Shown: positions 27,438-38,224 of the stretch, piece after piece
Numbering within the stretch: position 1 is the stretch's first letter
Layout: the number at the start of each line of letters is the position of its first letter
Assembly: GCA_965205485.1 (NCBI GenBank)
Contig: OZ242180.1
Span: 4,128,001 to 4,192,000 of the forward strand
Reading direction: 5' to 3'
From: Candidatus Latescibacterota bacterium
GTDB lineage: Bacteria; Latescibacterota; UBA2968; GCA-2709665
Length of the DNA stretch: 64,000 nt
Made by a program: the position numbers and the translations under genes
The notes under the pieces: generated by a model
The model's database searches: none
Told to the model about the DNA's origin: nothing
What the model saw: the letters and a program-made list of their open reading frames with translations, nothing else

Positions 27438-28673
27438 GTGCTGGAAACCGGTTTTGGCACGCAGGACTTCACGCCAGAACAACCGTCAGACGGGTCATTC
27501 CGGGTATACGATCCGATCTCGTTCCGCGCGCTGATCCTTCGGAAGGGGGATACCAACCTCACCTTCCTGGCCGGAGACTGCTTCAGTATCGAAGAAGATC
27601 TCATGGCCCGCGTGAGGGAACGGGTGATGGACATCGCCTGGCTGAATCCCCGTCACATCCTCCCCTGCGCATCCCACGTCGGCACCACGCCCATCCTCTT
27701 TCAATCCTATGTAAGCATTCCCTGCGAAGCGCTCAAATATTACGGCCGGGAGGACTATTTCGCGGACAATATGGCGGCCGCCATCCGTGCGGCCGCCGAT
27801 GCGATGGCGCCGTCCCGGCTGGGCATTGGCGCCGGTTCCGCTCCCAACATACTTTATAACCGGCGTTCATACGACCGGGACGGCAAACTGGTCATGAGCA
27901 ACTTCAAATTCCCCTACCCCCGTCCCGAACTCACCTACGCCGAAGTGGACGACAACGTCTACGTCATCCGAATTGACGATACGGAGGGCAATCCGACACA
28001 CTGCGCAATCGTATTCGGCTGCCATGCCCTTTGCAGCACGGACAAATACGGGCATATTTCCGCTGATTATCCGGGCGTCGTCCGCAAGGTGGTGGAATCA
28101 GCGGGAGTCAATGCGCTGTTTCTTCCCGGCAGTATCGGAAACGTGGTACCGGTAAGCCGCGCCGGTCGTACCTACAGGCGCGTGGGGAACAGCGTCGGAG
28201 GCGCGGCGCTCTATGCGCTGGAACAGGCGGGGATGAACGGCTCGGGCGACCTGCACGTCACGCAGAAGACCGTTCAGGTGCCTACGTTTGCGCACGAGGA
28301 TCCCGATGCCGTCGAGGCCGAGCTTGCAGCATCGCCGAACCGGTCGGACGGACACCAGCGATTTCAGGCCTACGGCAGCCGGCATTATGCAACCGGCAGG
28401 CGGTTTCTGGACTATACGATTACGCGGGTCTCCGTGTCCGGTTTCAATATTGTGCATCTGCCGGGTGAAATCTTCGTCGAGACCGCGTCCGCAATCAGGT
28501 CGGCGGCGCGAGGCGCGCTCACCGTCGTCCTGTCGGGTCCAACCGCCGACGTCGGTTACCTGAGCACCTCCCGGGCCCACCGGGAAGGGGGCATGGAACC
28601 CAGATATGCCGGGCTTGCGGTGGACGGCGAGAAGCGGGTCCGTGCCGCCGCGTGCGAACTCGTGACCGGTTGA
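27438..28673 (+). CDS. Neutral/alkaline ceramidase-like metallohydrolase
   Basis: DPISFRAL, ASH, YNRR, FGCHA, ISADYPG, PGSIGNV, LPGEIF, GGME. Confidence 0.7.
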   Translation: MLETGFGTQDFTPEQPSDGSFRVYDPISFRALILRKGDTNLTFLAGDCFSIEEDLMARVRERVMDIAWLNPRHILPCASHVGTTPILFQSYVSIPCEALKYYGREDYFADNMAAAIRAAADAMAPSRLGIGAGSAPNILYNRRSYDRDGKLVMSNFKFPYPRPELTYAEVDDNVYVIRIDDTEGNPTHCAIVFGCHALCSTDKYGHISADYPGVVRKVVESAGVNALFLPGSIGNVVPVSRAGRTYRRVGNSVGGAALYALEQAGMNGSGDLHVTQKTVQVPTFAHEDPDAVEAELAASPNRSDGHQRFQAYGSRHYATGRRFLDYTITRVSVSGFNIVHLPGEIFVETASAIRSAARGALTVVLSGPTADVGYLSTSRAHREGGMEPRYAGLAVDGEKRVRAAACELVTG

Positions 28674-28754
28674 ATCTCTCCTGCGGGTGCGGCCGGTTCC
28701 CATTAACATGGCCGGAAATGCAGGGAAGATCCCGGTCCGCTCGTTGGAGAACCC

Positions 28755-30002
28755 ATGCCGAATGTGATTTCTGCAGACCGGTTGGCGGTGAACGGAGGCA
28801 CTCCCGTACGCGATCGGCTTACGAATCCGTGGCCTTCCTGGCCCGTCAACACCGAGTCAGAGTGGAAACGGGAAATCGAGCCGGCGCTTCGGGAAGTCTA
28901 CCTCGAGAAGACAGAGGGGATTCCGGCAAGCAGGAGCGACCGGTTCGGTAACGCGTTCGCGGCCTATTGCGGCGCCCGATACGGCCTGATGATGCCGCAC
29001 GGTACCGACGCGATTTCCGCATCCATAGCCGGAGCGCTCGATCTCGACGGCCTCCGGGAAGGCGGGGAAATCATCATTCCGAACTATACCTTTATCGCTA
29101 CGGCCAGCGCTGCCCTGTCGGTGCGCTGCAGGCTGGCGCTGGTGGATATCGACCCGGTGAGCTTTACGCTCGACCCGAATGCGGTTCAGACGGCCATAAC
29201 CGATCGGACAGTCGGCATTCTTCCCGTGCATATGGGGGGGCACCCCGCCGATATGGATGCCCTGAACGCCATTGCCGAGAAACATGGCCTGGTGGTCGTT
29301 GAAGATGCCGCTCAGGCCCACGGCGCCGAACACAACGGGCGGAAGGTCGGCCCGCTCGGAGACGTTGGGGCCTACAGCTTTCAATCGAGCAAGAACCTGA
29401 CAGCCGGCGAAGGGGGCTGTCTCGTCACCGACGATCCGCACATCTACGAACGGGCGTGCGCGTTCAGGGACGTCGGCAGGCGCCCCGGCGGCGAACGGTG
29501 GGAATACCCCCGGCACGGATGGAACTACAGGACGTCCGAATACCTCGCGTGCCTCCTTCTGGTCAGGCTCAGGAGCCTTCAGCTTCAGACCGAGGTTCGA
29601 AGCAGCAACGCGGCCTATCTGACCGGGGAACTGCGAAGAATCGGCGGCGTCACCCCGCCCGCGACGCGGCCCTGGGTCACACGGCACGGATACCATCTCT
29701 ACATGGCGCGCTACGACCCGGAGCAATTCGGCGGTCGAAGCCGAGACGAATTCGTCACGGCCCTGACCGCGGAAGGCATCGACTGCACCCCGGGTTACCG
29801 GCGACCGCTCACGGACGAGGGCGCCCTGAAGAGCGTCTCGCACGAATATCCCGATTACGTCCGCAGGCTGCCGTGTCCGAACGCGGAATCCGTGTGCAGG
29901 CACAGCGTATGGTTCTATCAGTCCATGCTCCTGGGCGCCCGGGATGACCTGGACGACATTGTGGAGGCCGTGGACAAGATCAAGCTTGCGTTTACCCGCT
30001 GA
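28755..30002 (+). CDS. DegT/DnrJ/EryC1/StrS family aminotransferase
   Basis: YTFIATA, VEDAAQAHGA, SFQSSKNLTAGEGG, GWNYR. Confidence 0.93.
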   Translation: MPNVISADRLAVNGGTPVRDRLTNPWPSWPVNTESEWKREIEPALREVYLEKTEGIPASRSDRFGNAFAAYCGARYGLMMPHGTDAISASIAGALDLDGLREGGEIIIPNYTFIATASAALSVRCRLALVDIDPVSFTLDPNAVQTAITDRTVGILPVHMGGHPADMDALNAIAEKHGLVVVEDAAQAHGAEHNGRKVGPLGDVGAYSFQSSKNLTAGEGGCLVTDDPHIYERACAFRDVGRRPGGERWEYPRHGWNYRTSEYLACLLLVRLRSLQLQTEVRSSNAAYLTGELRRIGGVTPPATRPWVTRHGYHLYMARYDPEQFGGRSRDEFVTALTAEGIDCTPGYRRPLTDEGALKSVSHEYPDYVRRLPCPNAESVCRHSVWFYQSMLLGARDDLDDIVEAVDKIKLAFTR

Positions 30003-30135
30003 CTCCCTGCGTTGCAGACGACCCTGTTGCCTGCCACCTTCGTCGATTACCTTTCGGTGGACGTCATTCCGTCCGAATCCGGTGGATGAACCCGGCAGGC
30101 GACGCACGTTTCTCGATGCCGGCGGGCAATAAACC

Positions 30136-30167
30136 GGGGTCGCCCCCTCGAGCGGGGCGACCCCAAC
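30136..30167. repeat. GC-rich palindrome (REP-like or bidirectional terminator)
   Basis: GGGGTCGCCCC-N7-GGGGCGACCCC between convergent genes. Confidence 0.5.
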
Positions 30168-30201
30168 GTACCTCCTGAGACCGCAAGCGGGCTGTCGACC
30201 G

Positions 30202-31215
30202 TCAAGCCAGCTCACCGCCGCAGCTGCTTCCCGCACCGGCAGTACAACCGTAACAGTGTTCGGCGATTCGGATCCGTCTGTCGACCAACCACGCCGGCGA
30301 CACCTCCCACAGCTTTTTCGGCCGGCCGGACAGATGCATGTCCAGCATCTGATTGAAGTCGCAGTCGTAGATATTGCCTTCCCAGTCTACGCTCACGAGA
30401 AAACGACACATCAGGCGATCGATCGTCTGCGCGTTGAACCGGTCCCGCAACGTCCGTGTGTATCCGTCGTACTCCCCGCGGCGCCGCAGATAGTCGTTGA
30501 ACCGGCTGATCGGCATGTTTGTGATCGTAAAGAGCCGATTGAACGAAATACCATAGCGCTCGCCGAGAACCCGTTTGTAATCGGCCTCGAGTTCGGCCTG
30601 CGGCGGCGGGAGCGATGCTCCGACCGGATTGTATACGAGGTGAAGCAACAGGCCCGAATCCGGCTTTCCGTATCCGACAGCATTCAGCCGTTTGAGCGCC
30701 TCGATGCTGTCGAAGAATACGCCCTTTCCACGCTGCTGATCGACGTTTTCCTCGAGATAACACGGCAGTGAACAGACCAGTTCCACCTCGTGCTCGCGGT
30801 AGAAGTCAGGCAGGTCTTCCAGGCCCTGCTCAAATATCACGGTCAGGTTGCACCGTACCATCACGCTGCGGCCAAGACGCCGGATCTGTTTCACCAGATA
30901 CCTGAAGTCGGGATTCACCTCAGGCGCGCCCCCGGTGATATCCACCAGGGGAATATCCGTGGCGGCGAGAAACGTCAAAATGGACCGCATCGTTTCCCGG
31001 GTCATCACCTCCGTCCGGTGGGGACCGGCATCGACGTGACAGTGCCTGCATGCCTGGTTGCACAGTTTCCCGACATTGATCTGAAGTGTCTCCAAAGCCT
31101 CACGCCGCAGAACGACGCGCTCCCGCCGCAGACGCGCCCCGAATGACAACGGTTCGACGGGCGCTTCACCCTGAAATCGGGGCTGAATCGCAAGCAGATC
31201 CGACGGCCCTCCCAT
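30202..31215 (-). CDS. arsS: ArsS-type radical SAM protein with DUF3641 C-terminus
   Basis: LQINVGKLCNQACRHCHV, DITGGAPE, SLPCY, YDCDFNQ, HCYGCTAGAGSSCGG; AAGGAG RBS before ATG 31215. Confidence 0.85.
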   Translation of the reverse strand: MGGPSDLLAIQPRFQGEAPVEPLSFGARLRRERVVLRREALETLQINVGKLCNQACRHCHVDAGPHRTEVMTRETMRSILTFLAATDIPLVDITGGAPEVNPDFRYLVKQIRRLGRSVMVRCNLTVIFEQGLEDLPDFYREHEVELVCSLPCYLEENVDQQRGKGVFFDSIEALKRLNAVGYGKPDSGLLLHLVYNPVGASLPPPQAELEADYKRVLGERYGISFNRLFTITNMPISRFNDYLRRRGEYDGYTRTLRDRFNAQTIDRLMCRFLVSVDWEGNIYDCDFNQMLDMHLSGRPKKLWEVSPAWLVDRRIRIAEHCYGCTAGAGSSCGGELA

Positions 31216-31348
31216 GGGCTTCTCCTTTGCGTAAACGACAGACGGACGGGGTTCCTTCATTCAGGCAGTGGTACCCGTCGGACGGCCCGTCACGGCGCAA
31301 TTGCCGAAGACCCGGCTACGGGCGCCGTTTTGCGGGACTTTTGCCGGG

Positions 31349-32212
31349 TTAACGGACTGCATCCTGGTGCTGCGCCCGGTCGTTGAGCGTCCAATCGTAC
31401 GGAAGGTATCTGATGGTGATCTGAGGATGTGAGCGAAGATATGCACGATCTTCCTCGTCGAGATGGATATTCAGATAGTCAGTAATGCGAACGTTATCGA
31501 CCCGATATGCGCGCTTATACCAGTCGGTGAAATCACTCCCGAACCAATCTAGAATCTTCGAGAGTACAAGTGTCCCGGTCTTCCGGTCCACCCTGACGTG
31601 CTGCGGATTGCGTATAAATTCCCGAACAGCGGCGTCCAGCTGCTTCTCCAGCCGATCTGGAAGATAGACTTCCGGACGCAGCCTCGGGCAGGACGCCGCA
31701 GCGCAGTTCAGCGCGGCGTGGATTCGGGGATCGCCGAACTCCTTGCGTATAATCTTGTGCTCGATGTCGTCAAGCGATCTGGATTTGCCGCCGACAACGT
31801 GGAAGACCTTGAAGAATCCCGGTTGCGGATGGATGTTCATCACGCTCGTCGCGGGATACGCATTGACCACCCCGGCGATGACAAGCGCGTTGTAAGCGTT
31901 GATCCAATAGGCCAGCCTGTCTTCCCGCTCGGGGAACATGGAAGGGTGGCTCTCCGGGCTTGCTTCCCGCAGACGCGCCAGGATCATCCGGAGGTCGGCG
32001 GGCTCAGCTTTGATTCCTGCGTAATCGACCCAGCCTCGCGAGTCCACGAATCTGCCCAACATGCGATCGAGGGGCGCAAAGTCGAACGGCGTCGGTTCGC
32101 TGCTCCTCGCCGGCGCCGACCACAGCGCGACAAGCATGAGGAGCAGAATCGCGTATCCGTATGTCTTCCAGTACGTTTTCCGTGAGAAAACAGATTTCGT
32201 TTTCGGATTCAT
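31349..32212 (-). CDS. DUF547 domain-containing secreted protein
   Basis: VDYAG, LAYWINAYNA, SLDDIEH, DPRIHAALNCAAASCP, LSKILDWFG.DF, YDWTLN. Confidence 0.9.
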   Translation of the reverse strand: MNPKTKSVFSRKTYWKTYGYAILLLMLVALWSAPARSSEPTPFDFAPLDRMLGRFVDSRGWVDYAGIKAEPADLRMILARLREASPESHPSMFPEREDRLAYWINAYNALVIAGVVNAYPATSVMNIHPQPGFFKVFHVVGGKSRSLDDIEHKIIRKEFGDPRIHAALNCAAASCPRLRPEVYLPDRLEKQLDAAVREFIRNPQHVRVDRKTGTLVLSKILDWFGSDFTDWYKRAYRVDNVRITDYLNIHLDEEDRAYLRSHPQITIRYLPYDWTLNDRAQHQDAVR

Positions 32213-32235
32213 CGGTGGATCCCGCCTGAATGCCT

Positions 32236-33600
32236 TCAATCGAAGAACGTCAGATACGGCTTCCCGTCAATTTCACGCTTCAGCAGCACGGCCAGTTCCA
32301 GCGCGTGATAATCTCCCCACATCGAGGCTTCACCGTTTGGCACGTTCTGACCCTCCCGGCGTCGGTCCCAACCATTGGGTCGGTGATAAACCGAATGCAG
32401 GATCAGCCCCTCGTGGTTCGCATCGTCCGACAGGTACGGCGCGTCGAACAACGTTCGCGCGACCGTCAACGCCGCCTTCGTGTACGTCGCGCCCGCCACT
32501 TCGCCCAGGTACCTGCCCAGACGGTACAGTCCCTGTGCCGCGATCGCAGCGGCCGAACTGTCCACGGGCTCGAATTCATTGAACGGATCCGCGTCCCTTC
32601 CCAGGTAATCTCCCATTTGCGCCAATCCCGGCGCTCCCGTATCCCAGTAAGGGATGCCATCCGCCGCGGACGCGCCGTCAACGTAGTAGTCCGCCGTGGC
32701 CGTTGCCGCCCGGGTCATGAATTCCGTGACGCGGCCGCGACCACCGCACCCCGAAAGGTCTTCATCATCGACAGCATCCAGGAATTCCAGCAATTCGGAA
32801 TATCCGCTGACGATCCATGCAAGGCCCCGCGTCCACGTGGAAAAGGGCGAGTATCCCTGCTGTGTGCCCGGACATCTGTAATTGCCGTCATTGACGTTGA
32901 AAATGGACTCGTGCGCCACCCGCCCCCTGATGTCGTATGAATCACGACCGTCGCCGTAATACACATTGAACCTGGCGGTTGTTTCCGCGTGTTCGATCAT
33001 GCGATCGAGAAGCGATATCGCCCGGTCGTTCTCCCCCATCAATACGTGACCCAATTCGTGCGCGAGTCCGAGGGACCTGCAGGTACGGATCGTGTCGGAA
33101 AAAAGCGAATGGGCGCCGTTGAATGACGGAATATACCCCTTTCCGTCCCGGATCGTCGTCCAGCGCGCCCCCTGCACCGCACCGGACGCTTTCAGTGCAA
33201 GCTCATAGAACCGCTGTTCCCAGGAATCGCCCGGGATGGCGCCTTCAAGCATCAGCCGCCTGAGGTTGCCGTACGTCGAAATGTTGTTGAATCCGTGGTC
33301 GTGCACGCCCGTGTGGGTCACGTGCGGCGCCATTCGGTCTACGGTTCCCCGGCGACCGATTTCCAGAAACCGCTTCTCTCCAAGGGCATCGAACAGCAGG
33401 ATCGGGCACCCGTACTGGAATCCCTGCGTCCATTCCGTCCAGCCCCGGGTGGCGTACTTCCCGTCCACCGTATAGACCGGCGCGCCGCGGCAGGGATCCC
33501 ACGTCTCGGATATTAACGTGACTTTGTCCCCCGCGAGTTCGAAACACCGGTCGAGTCCGGAATTCAGGTCCCCCGGGCAAATGAAAGGATCAACGCGCAT
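32236..33600 (-). CDS. Glycoside hydrolase family 88-like (unsaturated glucuronyl hydrolase)
   Basis: WTQGF, HDHGF, TQQGY...STWTRGLAW, PYWD, DSSAAAI, WGDYH. Confidence 0.85.
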   Translation of the reverse strand: MRVDPFICPGDLNSGLDRCFELAGDKVTLISETWDPCRGAPVYTVDGKYATRGWTEWTQGFQYGCPILLFDALGEKRFLEIGRRGTVDRMAPHVTHTGVHDHGFNNISTYGNLRRLMLEGAIPGDSWEQRFYELALKASGAVQGARWTTIRDGKGYIPSFNGAHSLFSDTIRTCRSLGLAHELGHVLMGENDRAISLLDRMIEHAETTARFNVYYGDGRDSYDIRGRVAHESIFNVNDGNYRCPGTQQGYSPFSTWTRGLAWIVSGYSELLEFLDAVDDEDLSGCGGRGRVTEFMTRAATATADYYVDGASAADGIPYWDTGAPGLAQMGDYLGRDADPFNEFEPVDSSAAAIAAQGLYRLGRYLGEVAGATYTKAALTVARTLFDAPYLSDDANHEGLILHSVYHRPNGWDRRREGQNVPNGEASMWGDYHALELAVLLKREIDGKPYLTFFD

Positions 33601-33756
33601 AGCCTGCCCCGGCGACGCGCGCCGCCGCCCGGTCCGCTCTTTCGCGGCGCAATGCGTGCGTGCGCCGCGTGCCGTTACCGATGCGTCTTCGCATTCGTTT
33701 CGATACCCTTCGGCTCCGCTGCCTTTCTGACCGCAATATTGAGATCCTGCGGGGTG

Positions 33757-34092
33757 CTACTGTCTCGCATAGACGAACACCGTGCCATCCGTCGCATAGA
33801 GCGTAAGTTCATCGTTGTCAATGGAGTACCCGAAGTCCAGTGCGTCCAGAAACAGGGCCCCCTGTTCGATTCGCCAATTACCGGTCGACGTGATCTGACT
33901 TCCGTCGAAGATTGTATTGATGAACGTGTAAACGCCGTTTTCTTCGAAAACCAGCGAATAGTTCACCGTCACGGGCTGGTTTCTCGCGTGGGTCAGTTTC
34001 CACGTGCCCAGTATCGCTTCCTCAGGCGACAATGGATCCTCGCCGCAGCCCGGGAGTGATGCAAGAAGGACCGCCATGCAGATTGCTTTCAT
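33757..34092 (-). CDS. Lipocalin-like lipoprotein
   Basis: LPGC lipobox-like; ILGTWKL; GNWRI; YSIDNDELTL. Confidence 0.7.
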   Translation of the reverse strand: MKAICMAVLLASLPGCGEDPLSPEEAILGTWKLTHARNQPVTVNYSLVFEENGVYTFINTIFDGSQITSTGNWRIEQGALFLDALDFGYSIDNDELTLYATDGTVFVYARQ

Positions 34093-34136
34093 CAAGCAGA
34101 TGCGCGCGTTGATTCGCGCAGTCCGATACCCTCGGA

Positions 34137-35009
34137 TCATATTCGTGACTCCAGCAGACGTTTCAGGTACCGGCAATATGCATTATCTTCCGAATAGTCC
34201 GCGATTTCCTCGAGCTGCCCCGCGCTGATATATCCTTTTCGAAACGCGATTTCTTCCAGGCACGCGATCTTCAATCCCTGCCGGTGTTCGATAATCTGCA
34301 CGAAATTGCTTGCTTCAAGCAGGCTTTCGTGGGTTCCCGTATCGAGGTACGCGATCCCCCTTCCCAGCAGCTGGACCCGCAATTCGCCCCGCGTGAGGTA
34401 TTCGTTGTTCAAGTCGGTGATTTCCAGTTCCCCCCGGTCCGAAGGCTTCAAGCCCTTTGCGATATCCACCACGCTACCGTCGTAGAAGTAGAGACCGGTA
34501 ACCGCGTAATTCGATCTGGGTCGTTTTGGCTTTTCTTCGATGCCAACGACGTTCATAACGTCATCGAACTCAACCACGCCGTATCTCTCGGGATCCTGAA
34601 CGTAGTACGCGAAAACCAACCCGCCGGCGTCGTGTTCGCCCGCCTCCTCGAGCATTCCGGAAAGTCCGTGGCCGTAGAAGAAATTATCGCCGAATATAAG
34701 CGCGCATGGCTCGCCGCCGATGAAGTCCTCTCCGATGAGAAACGACTGCGCGACGCCTTCCGGACGGGGTTGAATCGCATAGTCGAACCGCAGACCCAGA
34801 CGGCTGCCGTCTCCCAACAGATTTCTGTAGAGCTCGATATGTTCAGGAGACGAAATAATCAGAAACTCCCGGATGTTGGCCAGCATCAGAACCGAGAGCG
34901 GGTAATAGATCATCGGTTTGTCGAATATGGGCAGAATCTGTTTCGAAATCGAAGTCGTGAGCGGATACAGCCGGGTACCCAGCCCGCCTGAGAGTACGAT
35001 TCCCTTCAT
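34137..35009 (-). CDS. rfbA: Glucose-1-phosphate thymidylyltransferase
   Basis: [38 protein letters not shown]. Confidence 0.96.
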   Translation of the reverse strand: MKGIVLSGGLGTRLYPLTTSISKQILPIFDKPMIYYPLSVLMLANIREFLIISSPEHIELYRNLLGDGSRLGLRFDYAIQPRPEGVAQSFLIGEDFIGGEPCALIFGDNFFYGHGLSGMLEEAGEHDAGGLVFAYYVQDPERYGVVEFDDVMNVVGIEEKPKRPRSNYAVTGLYFYDGSVVDIAKGLKPSDRGELEITDLNNEYLTRGELRVQLLGRGIAYLDTGTHESLLEASNFVQIIEHRQGLKIACLEEIAFRKGYISAGQLEEIADYSEDNAYCRYLKRLLESRI

Positions 35010-36400
35010 CGGACGGCCCTTCGCGATCCTCGACGACGTCCCGGGTCGCCTGCGGCTTCGATATTCACGTTCTCCGCGAATGGGACGACCCTTTCGGGAC
35101 TCTGTTGATCCCCCGTCATCAGTACAGGAAGGCGGAACACGCGTTCTCCGCTCCTGTCGCAGAAATAGAGGCGGGAATCGGAAGGTCGACGCGTATGTCC
35201 ATCGGCCCAGAAGGCATAGAATTCCGGATGTGCGTTTACCGGCCTGCGCACGTACGTATGGTTATATATGCTCCCCCGCGTTGCCATGTGGGTCTTCTCC
35301 CACGCGGCCCCCTCGTCATCACTGGTCCACACGGCCACCTCCCCTCCCGTATTGTACGGCTGAGGTCCCGTCCCGGTGGGCGCGATGATCCGCCAGGTGC
35401 CGTCCGGTTCGATATGCAGCCCTCCAGCGTCGTAGTTGTTATCGGACGGGAATGCCTCGCGTACTTCCCAGGCGTCGCCTGTCCAACGGGCTGTGGTCCA
35501 GATGCGCGGATCGTTCCTGGGTCCGGTCTCCATCCCCCGGCTGGTCAGAATCAGGACGACAGGATTGCCATGAACGTCGAAATTCAAATCCTTGACGAAC
35601 ACTTGCAGGCCCTCACTCTCGTAGTCGTGCACGATCGCGCCGTTGCGGGGGTGCGCCAGCGGGAGAATCATGTCCTCTCCCGCGGCATTCTTCCAGGTTT
35701 CGCCGAAATCGTCGGTCTGAAGATAGTACAGATTGGTCCTGGGCGGGCCTGGCGCCTTGACCGGATGATAGTTGAACGCGGTACCGACGCGTTTGCCGGA
35801 TCGCCAGCTGACCTGGTAGTGTCCGTGGCGGATTCTCGCCAGGATCCTGGGCGGAGACCAGTCCGTTCCGTCGGGACTGGTTTGAGCGTAGAGGAACCGG
35901 CCGCCGAGGTAACGGGTGTGCAGAAACAGAAATCCATGGTCCCGAACATACCATGGTTGGGGATAGGAGAAATTCGTCTCCTGCAAACACTCGAATGCAT
36001 CCACGGAATAGGGCTTGTCACTCTTGAAGACATACGCCGGTCTCGCGGTTCCGTGCGCGCTTACGAAGACCCAGATGTATCCCTGGTCGTCCAGCATCAG
36101 GACAGGGTTGTCGTGCGCGTCGGCCGTGCCCTTGTCCATCAGGATGGTCGGTCTCGGGACCGTCCCTGTGGCGTGATCGTAACAGGAAACCATCGCCAGG
36201 ATCCGGTTCCTGTCCCTGTACGTCCCTCCGTAACAGAAGTACGTCTTGTGCGCGGTGTCGGAATAGTACGCCAGCGGGATATGTTTGGCGGTGTAGGTCG
36301 CGAATCCGCCGCTGTAGTAGACGTATTTGTATTCGTCGTCCGCGGGCGTGTCCCACCACCAGATGCCCCGGTAACCGTCGTCGGTTTCGCATTTACCCAC
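35006..36400 (-). CDS. BNR_4-type (Asp-box) beta-propeller protein
   Basis: [29 protein letters not shown]. Confidence 0.8.
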   Translation of the reverse strand: MGKCETDDGYRGIWWWDTPADDEYKYVYYSGGFATYTAKHIPLAYYSDTAHKTYFCYGGTYRDRNRILAMVSCYDHATGTVPRPTILMDKGTADAHDNPVLMLDDQGYIWVFVSAHGTARPAYVFKSDKPYSVDAFECLQETNFSYPQPWYVRDHGFLFLHTRYLGGRFLYAQTSPDGTDWSPPRILARIRHGHYQVSWRSGKRVGTAFNYHPVKAPGPPRTNLYYLQTDDFGETWKNAAGEDMILPLAHPRNGAIVHDYESEGLQVFVKDLNFDVHGNPVVLILTSRGMETGPRNDPRIWTTARWTGDAWEVREAFPSDNNYDAGGLHIEPDGTWRIIAPTGTGPQPYNTGGEVAVWTSDDEGAAWEKTHMATRGSIYNHTYVRRPVNAHPEFYAFWADGHTRRPSDSRLYFCDRSGERVFRLPVLMTGDQQSPERVVPFAENVNIEAAGDPGRRRGSRRAVR

Positions 36401-36413
36401 AGATATTCCTGCG

Positions 36414-36426
36414 TAACAGTTTGATT
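36414..36426 (-). promoter_or_regulatory. Candidate IHF-binding site
   Basis: AATCAAACTGTTA on the minus strand matches WATCAANNNNTTR. Confidence 0.3.
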
Positions 36427-36508
36427 TCCAGTTTTTTTATGATTCTTTAAAGTTTTGGTTTAGAACCGTTCCGAATCCCGACGTGTGAAGTGCAACTGCG
36501 GACCCGGA

Positions 36509-38224
36509 TCACTCGGGACACCTTGCGGTCGCTTTCCTGAGTGCTTCCGTGGCGGCCCGGTCAATCTCCCGTTTCAGGTTGTCCACCACCACGCCGTACT
36601 CGTCACGGGCCGCCTCGAGCGATACGCGTTCCTGTCGAACGTCGTTCAGCACCAGTTCGGGATCGCGAGTACGTGGAGAAAAGTAGCCGCCCCCGCCTGG
36701 AAGCCTCAGGGTGACCGTCTGTCCCGGTTGAAGATCGTACTTTCCCTTCGGGTGCGGGCGGGACCCGTCTGAAAGAATCACCTCGCCGACGGCGCCGTTA
36801 CCGCCGCCCGCGAAACCGCGCGCCGGGCTCCTGGTGCGGTCATACATACACGAATGCAGCACTGCCGAGTCGGTGTCCATTCGAAGCACCATTTCCTGAC
36901 CCAGCCCGCCGCGGAATCGGCCCGCGCCGCCGGAATCCGGGCGCAGCTCCCGCTTGAGCATCAGAACCGGCGAAACCGCCTCGATGGCCTCTGCGGGCAC
37001 GCCTTTTATTCCGCTTGGAAAGGCCGTGGCCGACAGTCCGTCCGATGCGGGCCCGGCGCCCATGCCGCCGGCCGAAAAGAAGATATAGGAAAACACCCGT
37101 CCTTCCCGATCATGCCCTTCCAGTTGCGTATTCCACAGCCCGGCCGAACCGTCGGCCAGAATCCGGTCGGGAATCGCCCCGGACAGGGCGCCGAATACAG
37201 CCTGGGAGAGAAAGTGCCCGATCAGGTGGCGGGCGCCGACGGCACATGGAAACGTGGCATTCAGAACGGTGCCCGGCGGAGCGGTTACCTGAACCGGCCG
37301 GAAGCTCCCGGCGTTGTTCGGGACGGCGGGGCTGATCGAACACGCCAGCGGGTAGGTCGTATAGGCGTGGGTATAGTTGTAGACCACGTTGATACCACGG
37401 TCCACCTGCGGTGACGTGCCATCGTAGTCGACGACAAGGTCACGGTCCTTTACCTGAATGGAAACCGCGATCTTCAGAGGATGGTCGAAGCCGTCGATCA
37501 CCACTTCATCCCGGTAGGTGCCGTCGGGTATCTCCGCGATCGCCTCCCGCGTGGCGGTCTCAGACCGGTCAAGGATCAGTGACGCGAGGGACTCGATGTC
37601 CTCCATTCCGTATTCCGACATCATTTCCGACAGCTTCGCGGCGCCCACGTCGTTGCCGGCCTGCTGGGCATGGAGGTCTCCCACGACGGCATCCGGCGTA
37701 CGGACATTGGCGCGGACGATTTCAAGCAGATCGCGATTGACATGCCCTTCACGGAAGAGGAACATGATCGGAATATGGAGTCCCTCTTCAAACACCTCGC
37801 GCGCGTCCGCACCCAGCGTCCTGCCTCCGATATCCATGGCGTGGCAGGTATTGGCGAACCAGCCGACGGCCTTTCCGCGATGAAACACGGGAGTGACCAC
37901 GGTAATGTCGTGCAGATGCCCCGAACCCAGCCAGGGATCGTTGGTAAGCAGACTGTCGCCGGGTTTCAGACTGTCTATCGGATGCGCTTTCGCGAAGTGT
38001 CCGACACAGGTTGCCATGGTGTTGATATGGCCCGGAGTGCCGGTCACCGCCTGAGCGACCATATCGCCGGTACGGTTGAAGATTCCCGCGGAAAGGTCGC
38101 CCGCTTCCCTGACCACGGTGGTGAACGAGGCGTGCATCAGTGCGGCGGCCTGCTCGTTCACGATGGATATGAGCCGGTTCCAAAGTACCTCGAGCAGAAC
38201 GGCGTCCAGCTCCTCCTCGAACAT
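36509..38224 (-). CDS. Hydantoinase B/oxoprolinase family protein
   Basis: TNDPWLGSGHLHD, DIGG, EEGL.IP, PDSGGAGRFRGG, PGGGG; TAATG coupling. Confidence 0.92.
   Translation of the reverse strand: MFEEELDAVLLEVLWNRLISIVNEQAAALMHASFTTVVREAGDLSAGIFNRTGDMVAQAVTGTPGHINTMATCVGHFAKAHPIDSLKPGDSLLTNDPWLGSGHLHDITVVTPVFHRGKAVGWFANTCHAMDIGGRTLGADAREVFEEGLHIPIMFLFREGHVNRDLLEIVRANVRTPDAVVGDLHAQQAGNDVGAAKLSEMMSEYGMEDIESLASLILDRSETATREAIAEIPDGTYRDEVVIDGFDHPLKIAVSIQVKDRDLVVDYDGTSPQVDRGINVVYNYTHAYTTYPLACSISPAVPNNAGSFRPVQVTAPPGTVLNATFPCAVGARHLIGHFLSQAVFGALSGAIPDRILADGSAGLWNTQLEGHDREGRVFSYIFFSAGGMGAGPASDGLSATAFPSGIKGVPAEAIEAVSPVLMLKRELRPDSGGAGRFRGGLGQEMVLRMDTDSAVLHSCMYDRTRSPARGFAGGGNGAVGEVILSDGSRPHPKGKYDLQPGQTVTLRLPGGGGYFSPRTRDPELVLNDVRQERVSLEAARDEYGVVVDNLKREIDRAATEALRKATARCPE

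Noticed and set aside
30202..30240. Selenocysteine in the ArsS-type radical SAM C-terminus
   Set aside because: The relevant codon is TGC (Cys); the TGA follows GGELA and acts as a normal stop
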